From NCBI GenBank assembly GCA_041649175.1, contig JBAZNR010000001.1, positions 1,039,497 through 1,103,496 of the forward strand: DNA of 64,000 bases, in the 5' to 3' direction. Position numbers and translations under genes: made by a program. The notes under the pieces are model-generated. The model did no database searches and had not been told where the DNA came from. It saw only the letters and a list, made by a program, of their open reading frames with translations. The DNA comes from Candidatus Omnitrophota bacterium. Lineage in GTDB: Bacteria > Omnitrophota > Gorgyraeia > Zapsychrales > JBAZNR01. The number at the start of each line of letters is the position of its first letter. The stretch's first letter is position 1. Shown here piece after piece: positions 1 through 10,003 of this stretch.

Positions 1-1
1 C

Positions 2-244
2 GCGCAGATCACGGAAGATATTTTTAGCCGGGAACTCTATACGAAAAACTTACCTGATCCCGATCTATTGATCCGGACTTCAGGGGAAAAACGTATCAGC
101 AATTTTTTATTATGGCAGTTGTCTTACGCGGAATTTTATTTCACCGAAACACTTTGGCCGGATTTTAACGAGGCAGAATTCAAAAAAGCCTTGGATGATT
201 TCAAAAACCGGGAACGCCGTTACGGAAACGTTCCTACAAATTAA
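2..244 (+). CDS. uppS: Undecaprenyl diphosphate synthase, C-terminal fragment (5' end lies outside the window)
   Basis: In-frame translation gives ...[38 protein letters not shown]...RERRYG, the conserved UppS C-terminus. The stop is at 242-244. It is followed by cdsA-dxr-rseP in the canonical order. Confidence 0.8.
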   Translation, partial: AQITEDIFSRELYTKNLPDPDLLIRTSGEKRISNFLLWQLSYAEFYFTETLWPDFNEAEFKKALDDFKNRERRYGNVPTN

Positions 245-250
245 ATAAAA

Positions 251-1078
251 ATGGTCATTAATCGAACGATCAGCGCAGTACTTCTTATTGTATTAGCCGC
301 ATTAGCGGTTGTTGTTGATTGGGTTTTTATCAGCGTGATCGTTTTTTTAACGGTCGGCGGCCTCTACGAATTCTTTTATCTGATCAAAAAGAAGGGAATT
401 CCCATTTATAGCTATGTGGGAACATTCATAGGCGCCATGATCCCGCTTTCGATCTATACGCGTTTTGAACTTACAAAGAATTGGGAATTACTGTTTACGG
501 TTTTGGCATTTTTGATCATTCTTTTTATGCAATTTACTCGGCATGATAATAGCAATGCGATCGCCGGGATTTCGACAACACTTTTCGGAGTTCTGTATAT
601 TTCTTGGTTCTTTAGTTTTTTGATCAAGATCAGATTCCTTTTGCCCGATATAGAAGGCGTTAAACTTTTGGCCTTTCTTATTTTGGTGACAAAGTCCGGT
701 GATATCGGAGCTTATTTGATCGGCAACCGTTTTGGAAAACATCCGCTGTTGCCGCGCATTAGTCCTAATAAATCCGTAGAAGGTTGTTTGGGTGGATTGG
801 CCTTTAGTCTTTTATGCGCCTTTGCGGCGAAGCCGTTTTTGCCGGCCTCCATTCATTTTCCTATTTGGAATATTTTCTTTATGGGGGCATTTTTTGGCGG
901 AGTCGGCCAGTTGGGCGATTTGTCCGAATCGCTGATCAAGCGTGACTGCAATGTGAAAGATTCCGGGAAGTTATTCCCGGGTATGGGCGGTATCTTAGAC
1001 GTGATCGATAGTTTGCTTTTCTCGGCACCGGCTTTTTATCTTTATATGAGCGCAGCATTAAGCACTATTAAGGGATGA
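251..1078 (+). CDS. cdsA: Phosphatidate cytidylyltransferase (CDP-diglyceride synthase)
   Basis: 275-aa polytopic membrane protein carrying the CdsA signature SGDIGAYLIGNRFGKHPL. Synteny is uppS-cdsA-dxr-rseP. Confidence 0.9.
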   Translation: MVINRTISAVLLIVLAALAVVVDWVFISVIVFLTVGGLYEFFYLIKKKGIPIYSYVGTFIGAMIPLSIYTRFELTKNWELLFTVLAFLIILFMQFTRHDNSNAIAGISTTLFGVLYISWFFSFLIKIRFLLPDIEGVKLLAFLILVTKSGDIGAYLIGNRFGKHPLLPRISPNKSVEGCLGGLAFSLLCAFAAKPFLPASIHFPIWNIFFMGAFFGGVGQLGDLSESLIKRDCNVKDSGKLFPGMGGILDVIDSLLFSAPAFYLYMSAALSTIKG

Positions 1079-2256
1079 AATTAATAAGAGTTGCGATATT
1101 AGGGTCAACCGGATCTATCGGGATCAATGCGCTAAAGGTTATTGAACGGTTTCCCGAACGATTTAAAGTTACGGCGTTAACGGCATACAATAATTTTGGC
1201 TTACTGGAAAAGCAAGTAAGGAAATTTGCTCCTTCTCATGTTGCGGTCGGCTCTTCGGGGCGTAAGTATTTCAAGAAACATCTGAATCTTAAAAAAGTAA
1301 AACTTTATGATGCGGATGAACAAATCTCTGAGATTGCCGCGCTCAAGGAAGTGGATATTGTTGTTTTGGCCATACGAGGAAGCGCGGCGTTGCTGCCGTT
1401 TTTAAGTGCGGCGCAAGCCGGCAAAAGGATCGCGCCGGCCAATAAGGAAGCCTTAGTTATCGCGGGCGGCCTTATTGTCAAGGAAGTAAAAAAGTACGGC
1501 GCATCCATTATTCCGATTGACAGCGAACAAAGTGCTATTTTTCAGTGTTTGCAAGGGCGCGGTAAAAATGAATTAAAGAAAATTTATCTGACGGCATCCG
1601 GCGGCCCTTTGTGCGATATCAAGAAAAATCGATTTAGCCGATTATCTGTTAGGGAAGTTTTGCGTCATCCGCGCTGGAAAATGGGAAAAAAGATCACGGT
1701 TGATTCCGCTACGCTCATGAACAAAGGATTTGAAGTTTTGGAAGCGCGCTGGCTTTTTGATGTTGATGTGAAGAATATTGACGTTGTTGTTCATCCCGAG
1801 GCCGTTATTCATTCCATGGTTGAATTTAACGATGGGTCGATCTTAGCGCAGTTAGGGATCACGGATATGCGGCTTCCTATTCAATATGCTTTGACGTATC
1901 CAGATCGGCTTGCCAGCGGCCTTAAACAAATTGATTTTTTCAAATTAGCAAAGCTGACATTTAAAAAACCGGATCTTAATAAATTTCCAGCGCTGTCATT
2001 GGCATTTTACGCGGCGAAAAAAGGCGAGACTTATCCGTGCGCGCTTAATGCCGCTAATGAAGAAGCCGTCGACGCGTTTCTTAACGGTTATTTGAATTTT
2101 TCGAAGATATACGGCGTTGTGGAGAAAGTAGTTTTAGCTCATCGTCCGGTCAAAGATCCCGGTTTGCATGATATTAACTTGGCAGATCAATGGGCGCGGG
2201 ATAAAGCGAGAACACTTATATTTAGCGGCCGTTCACAGGCAAGAAAAAATAGTTAA
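1075..2256 (+). CDS. dxr: 1-deoxy-D-xylulose 5-phosphate reductoisomerase
   Basis: The N-terminus VAILGSTGSIGINAL is the Dxr NADPH-binding motif. Length is 393 aa. The ATGA overlap with cdsA indicates translational coupling. Confidence 0.93.
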   Translation: MKLIRVAILGSTGSIGINALKVIERFPERFKVTALTAYNNFGLLEKQVRKFAPSHVAVGSSGRKYFKKHLNLKKVKLYDADEQISEIAALKEVDIVVLAIRGSAALLPFLSAAQAGKRIAPANKEALVIAGGLIVKEVKKYGASIIPIDSEQSAIFQCLQGRGKNELKKIYLTASGGPLCDIKKNRFSRLSVREVLRHPRWKMGKKITVDSATLMNKGFEVLEARWLFDVDVKNIDVVVHPEAVIHSMVEFNDGSILAQLGITDMRLPIQYALTYPDRLASGLKQIDFFKLAKLTFKKPDLNKFPALSLAFYAAKKGETYPCALNAANEEAVDAFLNGYLNFSKIYGVVEKVVLAHRPVKDPGLHDINLADQWARDKARTLIFSGRSQARKNS

Positions 2257-2268
2257 AAGGATCAATAA

Positions 2269-3357
2269 ATGAGTATTTTGATTTTCCTTATTGTCTTAAG
2301 CATTTTGATCATTGTTCATGAGCTTGGACACTTTGCGACCGCGAAATCTTTGGGTGTGAAAGTTGAGCGGTTTGCTGTTGGTTTCGGGCCTAAGTTATTT
2401 TCCTTTATGTTTCACGGAACTGAGTTTGCTGTTTGCCTTATTCCTCTGGGCGGCTATGTGAAGATGTCCGGCGATGAGCGCAGCGAACATAAAGGAGAAG
2501 CTCACGAATATTATTCGAAACCACCCGGCCACAGAGCCTTGATCGTTTTGATGGGCCCGGTGGTCAACTATGTTTTAGCTCTGGTGTGTTTTTATTTTGT
2601 TTTTTTATTCGGATATCCTACGCTTTCGGCGAAAGTTGGGGAATTGATCAAAGATTATCCGGCACAAAGCGCGGGCCTTGAGGTCAATGACCAGATCCTT
2701 CGTATTAATAATAAAGAGATCAAGAGCTGGGAAGACCTGCAGCAGTATATTTCTACCTCTAAAGAATCCGAATTGAATTTTGTTTTCTTAAGAGACGGAA
2801 AAGAGAAACAGCTTGTTGTTAAGCCGAGTGTTGAAGAACTTACCAATATTTTCGGGCAGAAAGAGCGAATTCGTGTTGTCGGTATTCGCCCTCAGGAAGA
2901 GATCATCGTTCTTAAACATGGAGCGGGAGAATCGGTTGTAAAATCATTCGAGCGGTTAGGGGAAATTACGGTTACGACGTATAAAGCGCTATATCGGATC
3001 GCGACAGGTGCGATGTCGGCTAAGGATTCCATGACGGGGCCGATCGGGATTTTTTATATTATTAAAAAAGCCGCCGAAATGGGGCTGTCTTATCTTTTAT
3101 ATGTCATGGCGATCATTAGCGCGAGTTTAGCAATTTTTAATCTCTTGCCGTTGCCGGTTTTAGACGGCGGGCATCTTTTTTTGCTTGGTATCGAAAAGGT
3201 GCGCGGCAAACCTTTGTCAAATAAAGCGGACGAGGCATTAAGCCGTGTTGGGCTTAGCCTGATCCTTTGCTTGGCTGCTTTTGTCTTTTATAGTGACCTG
3301 ATCCGCTATGGTTGGTTGGATAAAATTATGGGGCTATGGCGACACTTAGGATTATAA
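2269..3357 (+). CDS. rseP: Site-2 protease RseP (regulated intramembrane zinc metalloprotease with a PDZ domain)
   Basis: HELGH (HExxH) motif in the first TM segment, a PDZ-like middle region and an LDGG motif near the C-terminus. The position after dxr is conserved. Confidence 0.9.
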   Translation: MSILIFLIVLSILIIVHELGHFATAKSLGVKVERFAVGFGPKLFSFMFHGTEFAVCLIPLGGYVKMSGDERSEHKGEAHEYYSKPPGHRALIVLMGPVVNYVLALVCFYFVFLFGYPTLSAKVGELIKDYPAQSAGLEVNDQILRINNKEIKSWEDLQQYISTSKESELNFVFLRDGKEKQLVVKPSVEELTNIFGQKERIRVVGIRPQEEIIVLKHGAGESVVKSFERLGEITVTTYKALYRIATGAMSAKDSMTGPIGIFYIIKKAAEMGLSYLLYVMAIISASLAIFNLLPLPVLDGGHLFLLGIEKVRGKPLSNKADEALSRVGLSLILCLAAFVFYSDLIRYGWLDKIMGLWRHLGL

Positions 3358-3372
3358 AAAAACGGGGGACAC

Positions 3373-4635
3373 ATGGCAGATATCATTAAGCGCAAGGTGC
3401 AAGAACATCTTATTTCTAAGACTGATTTTTTGTCCGTTAAAGATAAGCTCAATGAGGATCAGCTGCGCGTTTTTGTTTTAAACGCCATTAATGAAGTATG
3501 CAAAAAAGAGGAAATGATCCTTACCGAAGACGAGCGTGTTTTACTGATCCGGGAATTGGTAAGCGCTGTTATCAGTTTTGGCCCTTTGCGTCCTTTGATG
3601 GAAGATAATTCTATTTCAGAGATCATGGTGAACGGCCCGCGCAAAATCTATATTCAGCGAAAAGGGCACATCGGGTTGGCGGATGCTCGCTTTGACGATG
3701 ACCGCCATCTTTTGCATACAATTCAAAAGATCTTGGCGATATCCGGTTCCGGGCGCCGCGTGGATGAGTCATCTCCGTATGTGGATTTTTCCTTAAGCGA
3801 TGGTTCTCGGGTCAATATTATTTTGCCGCCGGTTTCTTTATCGGGCCCGGTCATAACGATCCGAAAGTTTTCATCAGAGATCTCAAAGATAGAAGATCTT
3901 TTAGACCGTCAAATGCTCAATAAACAGATGGCCGAATTCTTGGTTGCGTCCATTAAGGCAAAGCTCAACATCGTTTTTTGCGGGGCAACGGGAACAGGTA
4001 AAACGACGACATTAAATGTTCTATCGCGGTATATTTCCGAAGACGAACGTGTGATCACTATTGAAGATACTGCTGAGCTTCAGCTTTTGCAGGAACATGT
4101 GGTAAAATTACAGTCTAAGCCGACTAATATTGAAGGCAAGGGGGCGATCAGCATTCGGGATCTTTTTATCAATTCGCTTCGTATGCGCCCGGACAGAATT
4201 ATTATTGGAGAAGTCCGCGGGTCAGAAGCGCTAGACCTTATTCAGGCGATCACCAGCGGGCACACGGGGTCACTCGCCATTGTTCACGCGGATTCTCCCC
4301 AGGACTGTTTTAATCGCATGGTAACGATGATCTTGATCTCCGGAATTCAGCTTAGCGTTGATGAGATCCGTAAACAAATCGCTTCGGCAGTTGATCTCTT
4401 TGTGCACACCGAATTATTTTTAGACGGAAAAAGAAGGATCACTCATATCACCGATACGCGTTATTTAGCCGGAGAAAATAAAGTTGTCCTGGAAGATGTT
4501 TTTCATTTTCGTCAGCAATCCATTGAATCCGACAATCGCATTATTGGTGATTGGGTGATGAACAAAAAGAAACCCTCTTTTTACGAGAAATTTGTTAAAA
4601 GAAATGTTAAACTTCCCGATGGGTTTTTCGAATAG
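3373..4635 (+). CDS. CpaF/TadA-family type II/IV secretion system ATPase (orphan)
   Basis: Walker A motif GATGTGKTTTLN, an IEDTAEL box and RMRPDRIIIGEVRG, which are hallmarks of CpaF/VirB11-type ATPases. A GGGGA RBS precedes the ATG. No pilus or tad partners are nearby. Confidence 0.85.
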   Translation: MADIIKRKVQEHLISKTDFLSVKDKLNEDQLRVFVLNAINEVCKKEEMILTEDERVLLIRELVSAVISFGPLRPLMEDNSISEIMVNGPRKIYIQRKGHIGLADARFDDDRHLLHTIQKILAISGSGRRVDESSPYVDFSLSDGSRVNIILPPVSLSGPVITIRKFSSEISKIEDLLDRQMLNKQMAEFLVASIKAKLNIVFCGATGTGKTTTLNVLSRYISEDERVITIEDTAELQLLQEHVVKLQSKPTNIEGKGAISIRDLFINSLRMRPDRIIIGEVRGSEALDLIQAITSGHTGSLAIVHADSPQDCFNRMVTMILISGIQLSVDEIRKQIASAVDLFVHTELFLDGKRRITHITDTRYLAGENKVVLEDVFHFRQQSIESDNRIIGDWVMNKKKPSFYEKFVKRNVKLPDGFFE

Positions 4636-4652
4636 GTGAGGAGCCTTAAACG

Positions 4653-5915
4653 ATGTTGTGGTCTAATTTCTTTATTCCGACGTTAAAAGAAGTTCCTTTA
4701 GGAACCGAAGCGGTCAGTCACCAGCTGTTGCTGCGCTCCGGCTTGGTGAATATGCTCACCTCCGGTGTTTATTCGTATCTACCGCTGGGCTTAAAAGTGC
4801 TTCGCCGCATTGAGAACATTATTCGCGAAGAAATGAATGCGGCCGGCGCGCAAGAATTATTCTTGCCATGTCTACAACCCATCGAACTTTGGCAAAAAAC
4901 AGGCCGCGACAAAACACTGGCTGATGTTATGATCCGCTTTGAAGATAAACGCGGACGGGCAATGTGCCTTGGCCCGACGCATGAAGAGATCATTACGGAA
5001 TTAGTTAAAAGTTTTGTGCAGTCGTATCGCCAGCTTCCGGTCGTGCTTTATCAGATCCAAACTAAGTTTCGTGACGAAATGCGTCCGCGTTTTGGGATCG
5101 TGCGCGCCTGTGAATTTATCATGAAAGACGCGTATAGTTTTGACCGCGATAAAAAGGGATTAGAAAAGAATTATAAGCTGATGTTTGAAGCGTATCAGAA
5201 TATCTTTAAGCGTTGCGGCTTGGATGTGGTTACGATCGAGGCCGATTCGGGGGCGATGGGCGGTGATGTTTCGCATGAATTTATGGTTTTGGCCCCCATT
5301 GGAGAAGACGCTGTTTTGCTTTGTGAGGCGTGCGGTTTTACGGGCAGCGTTTCGGCAAGTCAAAATGAAGGGTTTGATTGTCCGAAATGCAAAATGGCAA
5401 AACTAGCCAAAAAAGTCGCTATTGAAATCGGCCACATTTTTCAGTTGGGAACAAAATATAGCCATGCGCAAGGGGCGCAATTCTTAGACGAAAGCGGAAA
5501 ACAACAAGATATTATTATGGGTTGTTACGGCATTGGGGTCAGCCGTCTTATTGCGACCATTGTTGAGAAAAATAATGATAGTGCTGGTATTGTTTGGCCT
5601 AAAGGCGTTGCGCCGTTCGATGTGGAAATATTACCGGTCCAAGTCAGCGACAGCGGAATTATGGAATTAGCCGACGCGTATTATGAGAGTTTTAAACGGG
5701 ACGGATTAGATGTTTTATTAGATGACCGCGACGATAGCGCCGGGAGAAAGTTTAATGACGCGGATTTGATCGGCATTCCCCTGCGCGTGGTGATCGGAAA
5801 ACGGATGCGCTTGGAGGGAAAAGTCGAGATCAAAAACCGGCGTACGGGTGAAGTGGTCGTGGTGGATAAAGATCAAGCGTTGGAAAAAGTAAAAGAACTT
5901 ATTACTCAGGCTTAA
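4653..5915 (+). CDS. proS: Prolyl-tRNA synthetase, short bacterial type lacking the INS editing domain
   Basis: Class II aaRS motifs (FRDEMRPRFGIVRACEFIMKDAYSF) and an anticodon-binding C-terminus. The protein is only 420 aa. A CxxC...CxxC knuckle (approx nt 5322-5402) sits where the INS domain normally lies. Confidence 0.88.
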   Translation: MLWSNFFIPTLKEVPLGTEAVSHQLLLRSGLVNMLTSGVYSYLPLGLKVLRRIENIIREEMNAAGAQELFLPCLQPIELWQKTGRDKTLADVMIRFEDKRGRAMCLGPTHEEIITELVKSFVQSYRQLPVVLYQIQTKFRDEMRPRFGIVRACEFIMKDAYSFDRDKKGLEKNYKLMFEAYQNIFKRCGLDVVTIEADSGAMGGDVSHEFMVLAPIGEDAVLLCEACGFTGSVSASQNEGFDCPKCKMAKLAKKVAIEIGHIFQLGTKYSHAQGAQFLDESGKQQDIIMGCYGIGVSRLIATIVEKNNDSAGIVWPKGVAPFDVEILPVQVSDSGIMELADAYYESFKRDGLDVLLDDRDDSAGRKFNDADLIGIPLRVVIGKRMRLEGKVEIKNRRTGEVVVVDKDQALEKVKELITQA

Positions 5916-5918
5916 GAG

Positions 5919-6386
5919 ATGATCGACGCATCGCTGGTTGAACGTGTTAAGGAAATTGCCGTGCCATTTTTAGAGCGGCTTAACGTTGAATTAGTGGATT
6001 TAACGGTTCGCAGCGAAAGCGGCCGCGTAGTTTTAGAGATCTTGGCCGATAAAACAAGCGGCGGTATTACGCTTGATGAATGTGCGCGGCTTAACCGGGA
6101 TATTGGCGAAGCTCTTGAAAACGCGAATTTTATAACGAGCGGTTATGCGGTTGAAGTTTCATCACCAGGCCTGGATCGTCCGCTTAAGACAGCTAAAGAT
6201 TTTTTGCGGGTTTCAAACAAGAAAATACATGTATTTCTTTCAGAGTCGGTTGCAGGTAAAATTGAGTATATCGGCCTTGTTAAGGGAGTTCAAAACGATT
6301 CGCTCATACTTGATGTTGGGCCTTGTGAGCTGAGTATTATGCTGAGCACGATCAATAGGGCTAAACAAATCATTAACGATTTTTAA
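5919..6386 (+). CDS. rimP: Ribosome maturation factor RimP
   Basis: 155 aa, positioned immediately upstream of nusA-infB. A conserved VSSPGLDRPL motif is present. Confidence 0.88.
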   Translation: MIDASLVERVKEIAVPFLERLNVELVDLTVRSESGRVVLEILADKTSGGITLDECARLNRDIGEALENANFITSGYAVEVSSPGLDRPLKTAKDFLRVSNKKIHVFLSESVAGKIEYIGLVKGVQNDSLILDVGPCELSIMLSTINRAKQIINDF

Positions 6387-6404
6387 CAGAAGGGTTTGGG
6401 TATT

Positions 6405-7604
6405 ATGGATAGTGAGTTGCTGGTCATTTTGGAACAGTTAGAGCGCGATAAAGGGATCGATAAAGAAATCCTTATTCAGGCGGTAGAAATGGCTGTTGCT
6501 TCGGCAGCAAAAAAAGTCTGTAGCGTCGATAAGGTAGAGGATATTAAAGTTGTCCTGGACCGCAAAACAGGAAAATTATCCGCGTTTGCCGGCGGCCAAG
6601 AGATCAAATCGAAAGATTTTGGCCGTATTGCCGCGCAAACAGCCAAGCAGGTCGTTATTCAAAAGATCCGCGAAGCCGAAAAAGATGTTGTCTTTAACGA
6701 ATATCAGGCTCGCGTGGGGCAAATTGTCAGCGGCGGGGTTTATCGGTTTGAAAAAGGAAGCATTATTGTCGACCTAGGTAAAGCCGAAGGATTCATTCCC
6801 AAAAGCGAACAATCTATTAAAGAAGAATTTCGCCAGGGAGATCGCATCCGCGCCTATGTTTTGGATGTTAAAAAAGACCTTAAGGGTCCGCAGATCGTTT
6901 TGTCTCGGGCTCATCCGAATTTTGTCCGTAGGCTTTTTGAGCTTGAAGTTCCTGAAATTTATGAAGGCATTATTGAAGTGAAGTCTATTTCTCGCGACGC
7001 GGGCGAACGCACCAAGATCGCTGTTTATTCAAAAGATGAGAAAGTAGATTGCGTGGGAGCATGCGTAGGGATGCGCGGTGCCCGTGTTAAAAGTATTGTT
7101 TCCGAACTTCACGGAGAAAAGATCGATATTGTCCGGTATTCCGATGATATGAAAGAATATATTCAAGCGGCGCTTTCTCCGGCGGAGCTAAGCCAAATCA
7201 TTTTAAACAAAGAGAATAAAAGAGCTCAAATTCTTGTTGCGGACGATCAGCTGTCTTTATCAATTGGAAAACATGGACAGAATGTGCGCTTGGCGTCCCG
7301 GCTTATCGGGTGGGAGCTGGATATTCGCTCAGCAGTTCAGGTCCAGGAAGAATCTGCTCGTGAAGTCGCGGAGGAAGCCATGGACCCCAAAGAAAGCGCG
7401 AAAGACGAGGGGCATTCGCTTTCGGAGTTGTCCGGTGTGGGAGAGAAACTTGTAGAGCTTTTAGAAAAGTCTGGATTTGACAGCTTGGAAAAGATTGCCG
7501 AGGCAACGATTGACGGCTTAACTGAGATTAAAGGCGTCGGCAAAGTGAAAGCTGAAAAGATCATTGAGCAGGCAAAAAAAATTATTAAAGGCAAGAAAGC
7601 CTAA
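6405..7604 (+). CDS. nusA: Transcription termination/antitermination factor NusA
   Basis: S1 and KH domains are recognisable (GxxG-type KH motifs), with C-terminal HhH repeats. The six-frame ORF begins at TTG 6396. I placed the start at ATG 6405 (MDSELL). Confidence 0.9.
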   Translation: MDSELLVILEQLERDKGIDKEILIQAVEMAVASAAKKVCSVDKVEDIKVVLDRKTGKLSAFAGGQEIKSKDFGRIAAQTAKQVVIQKIREAEKDVVFNEYQARVGQIVSGGVYRFEKGSIIVDLGKAEGFIPKSEQSIKEEFRQGDRIRAYVLDVKKDLKGPQIVLSRAHPNFVRRLFELEVPEIYEGIIEVKSISRDAGERTKIAVYSKDEKVDCVGACVGMRGARVKSIVSELHGEKIDIVRYSDDMKEYIQAALSPAELSQIILNKENKRAQILVADDQLSLSIGKHGQNVRLASRLIGWELDIRSAVQVQEESAREVAEEAMDPKESAKDEGHSLSELSGVGEKLVELLEKSGFDSLEKIAEATIDGLTEIKGVGKVKAEKIIEQAKKIIKGKKA

Positions 7605-7621
7605 AAGAAAGAGTTGTGTCA

Positions 7622-10003
7622 ATGCGCGTATCGGATTTAGCCAAAGAATTAGGGGTCAATAGTGATGTTATTTTAGCCAAATTAAAATCACTTCATTTGA
7701 AAGCCAAAGATAGTAAACAAGAGATCAATGACGCGGTGATGGTGGTTTTGCGCCGCGAATTAGGCAAGGGAATACGGGTTTCGCCGAAAACGAAAGCGGT
7801 AGAAAAATCTGAGCCTGCCGCAAAGATATCAGCTAAAGAAAAAAAGATAAAACCCGAGCCTGTTAAAAAGGCGGAGTCGAAAGCTGTTTCTAAGAGCAAG
7901 AAATCGGAAAAAGAAGAAAAGCCTAAGAAAACATCAAAATTTACAAAAGTTATCACTGAAAAAAAAGCGGCTAAGTCATCCGTTAAAGCTTCCGAGAAAA
8001 CCGTACCGACCGCAAAAACTTTGCCTCCTGTAAAAGAATCTCCGGCCGCAGAAAAGCCTCATGCAGTTCTTTCGGAAAAAGAAACCGCTCAAGTTGATAA
8101 GAAAATCGTTGAGGCTCCTCCAAAGCAGGAAGCCCCCAAGGCATTTGTTTCAAAACCATTTCCACCCCGATTTGATCCTAGGGCGAGGCGGCCGGCGTTT
8201 GTCGATTCAAAACCAAAGCCGGAGATCAAAGAAGAGCCAATAAAGCAACTCGGAGAACTTGAAATTCAGATCCCTATTAGCGTTAAGGATCTTGCTTTTA
8301 AAATTCAACAAAAACCCGGCGTTGTCCTAAAACATCTTTTGCAAATGGGGGTTTTTGCCAATATTAATCAGGCATTGGGTGAAGAAGTTATCCAAAAGCT
8401 TTCAACTGTCTTTGGGTTTACCTTATCTAAGGTGAAAACCCAGGAAGAGCAGCTATTAGATTTTCATCAAGTTCCGGAAGATCCCGCGCTTTTAAAGCCG
8501 CGGTCTCCCGTTGTAACGTTCATGGGGCATGTCGATCACGGTAAAACGTCTCTTTTGGATAAGATCCGAAAGAGTAAAGTGGTGGACCGGGAACATGGCG
8601 GCATTACTCAGCATATCGGTGCTTACTCTGTTAATATCGCGAAGGGGAAGATCACATTTCTTGATACGCCGGGCCATGAAGCTTTTACTTCAATGCGTGC
8701 GCGAGGAGCCTTGATCACCGATTTAGTTGTGTTAGTTGTCGCCGCCGACGAAGGCATTATGCCGCAAACAGAAGAAGCTATCAATCACGCGCGCGCGGCC
8801 AATGTTCCTATCATTGTCGCTTTAAGCAAGATAGATAAACGTAATGCGGATGTCGACCGTATTAAAAAAGAACTTGCCGACCATGGGCTCATGTCTGAAG
8901 ATTGGGGAGGAAAAACAATTGTGGTCGGTGTTTCCGCAGTGACCGGAGAGGGCATTGATACTCTTTTAGAGATGATCTTACTTGAAGCAGAAGTCTTGGA
9001 GCTGAAGGCCAATCATGAAAAGAAGGCCTCCGGTATTGTGGTGGAAGCCCAGCTTAGCCATAATCGCGGTCCCGTCGCGACGGTGATCGTGCAAAATGGA
9101 ACTTTACGCGAAAATGATATTGTTATTGTAGGGCCGCATTCGGGAAGAATTAAAGCTATGTTTGATGATCGGGAACGCTCTATCAAAGAGGCCGGCCCGG
9201 CACAGCCTGCGGAAATCCTAGGCCTTTCCGGAGTTCCGGAAGCGGGCGATATGTTCTATGCGGTCGATGATGAAAAGCAGGCCAAAGAGATTGTGTCCCG
9301 TCGTCAGGCGCAAATCAAAAACCAAAAGATGCAGCCTATTTCGCGTGTGACTTTGGAAGATCTGTCCGCGCAAATCCAAGCTGGAAAGATCAAAGAGCTT
9401 AATGTTATTATTAAAGCGGATGTGCAAGGTTCTTTGGAAGCGCTTAAAGTTTCTTTAGAGAAGATCCCTTCCGATGAAGTGAAATTGAAATTTATCCATA
9501 TTGGGATCGGTGAGATCAATGCCTCGGATGTTATTCTTGCCGGGGCTTCTAACGCGATCATTATCGGTTTTCATGTGGAAGCAGAAACGCGGGCAAAAGA
9601 AGAATTAGAAAAACGCCCCGTCGACATCAGAACATATCGCATTATTTATGACGCCATCAATGATGTAAAAAATGCGCTGTCCGGATTATTGGAGCCAAAG
9701 ACAAAAAAGAAAACTATCGGGCGAGTTGATATTCGCCAAGTCTTTAACTTGAGCAGATCAGGCATTGTGGCCGGATGTTTTGTGGCGAAAGGCAAAGTGC
9801 ATCGTAAGGCGAATATCGATATCCTGCGTAACGGCGATCCGGTTTTCTCAGGAACCATTTCGTCTATCAAGCGCTTCAAGGATGATGTTCGCGAAGTAAC
9901 CGAAGGATTTGAATGCGGAATTACCATTAACGGATTTACCGGCGTTGAGCCCGGTGACGTTATGGAAGTTTATGAATTAGAAAAAATCGCACGGACATTA
10001 TGA
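7622..10003 (+). CDS. infB: Translation initiation factor IF-2
   Basis: Lys/Glu-rich low-complexity N-terminal region followed by a GTPase domain ([22 protein letters not shown]). The six-frame ORF begins at GTG 7616. I used ATG 7622 ([11 protein letters not shown]). Confidence 0.93.
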   Translation: MRVSDLAKELGVNSDVILAKLKSLHLKAKDSKQEINDAVMVVLRRELGKGIRVSPKTKAVEKSEPAAKISAKEKKIKPEPVKKAESKAVSKSKKSEKEEKPKKTSKFTKVITEKKAAKSSVKASEKTVPTAKTLPPVKESPAAEKPHAVLSEKETAQVDKKIVEAPPKQEAPKAFVSKPFPPRFDPRARRPAFVDSKPKPEIKEEPIKQLGELEIQIPISVKDLAFKIQQKPGVVLKHLLQMGVFANINQALGEEVIQKLSTVFGFTLSKVKTQEEQLLDFHQVPEDPALLKPRSPVVTFMGHVDHGKTSLLDKIRKSKVVDREHGGITQHIGAYSVNIAKGKITFLDTPGHEAFTSMRARGALITDLVVLVVAADEGIMPQTEEAINHARAANVPIIVALSKIDKRNADVDRIKKELADHGLMSEDWGGKTIVVGVSAVTGEGIDTLLEMILLEAEVLELKANHEKKASGIVVEAQLSHNRGPVATVIVQNGTLRENDIVIVGPHSGRIKAMFDDRERSIKEAGPAQPAEILGLSGVPEAGDMFYAVDDEKQAKEIVSRRQAQIKNQKMQPISRVTLEDLSAQIQAGKIKELNVIIKADVQGSLEALKVSLEKIPSDEVKLKFIHIGIGEINASDVILAGASNAIIIGFHVEAETRAKEELEKRPVDIRTYRIIYDAINDVKNALSGLLEPKTKKKTIGRVDIRQVFNLSRSGIVAGCFVAKGKVHRKANIDILRNGDPVFSGTISSIKRFKDDVREVTEGFECGITINGFTGVEPGDVMEVYELEKIARTL

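Noticed and set aside
488-742. Numerous 60-170-aa ORFs antisense to or nested within strong housekeeping genes (for example 488-742 -, 1305-1508 -, 22667-23170 -, 30541-31173 -, 40713-41159 -, 44772-45194 -, 55001-55366 -)
   Set aside because: Each lies entirely inside a confidently identified gene on the other strand or in another frame. They have no RBS or promoter signals and have low-complexity or biased composition typical of antisense frames. They are treated as spurious.
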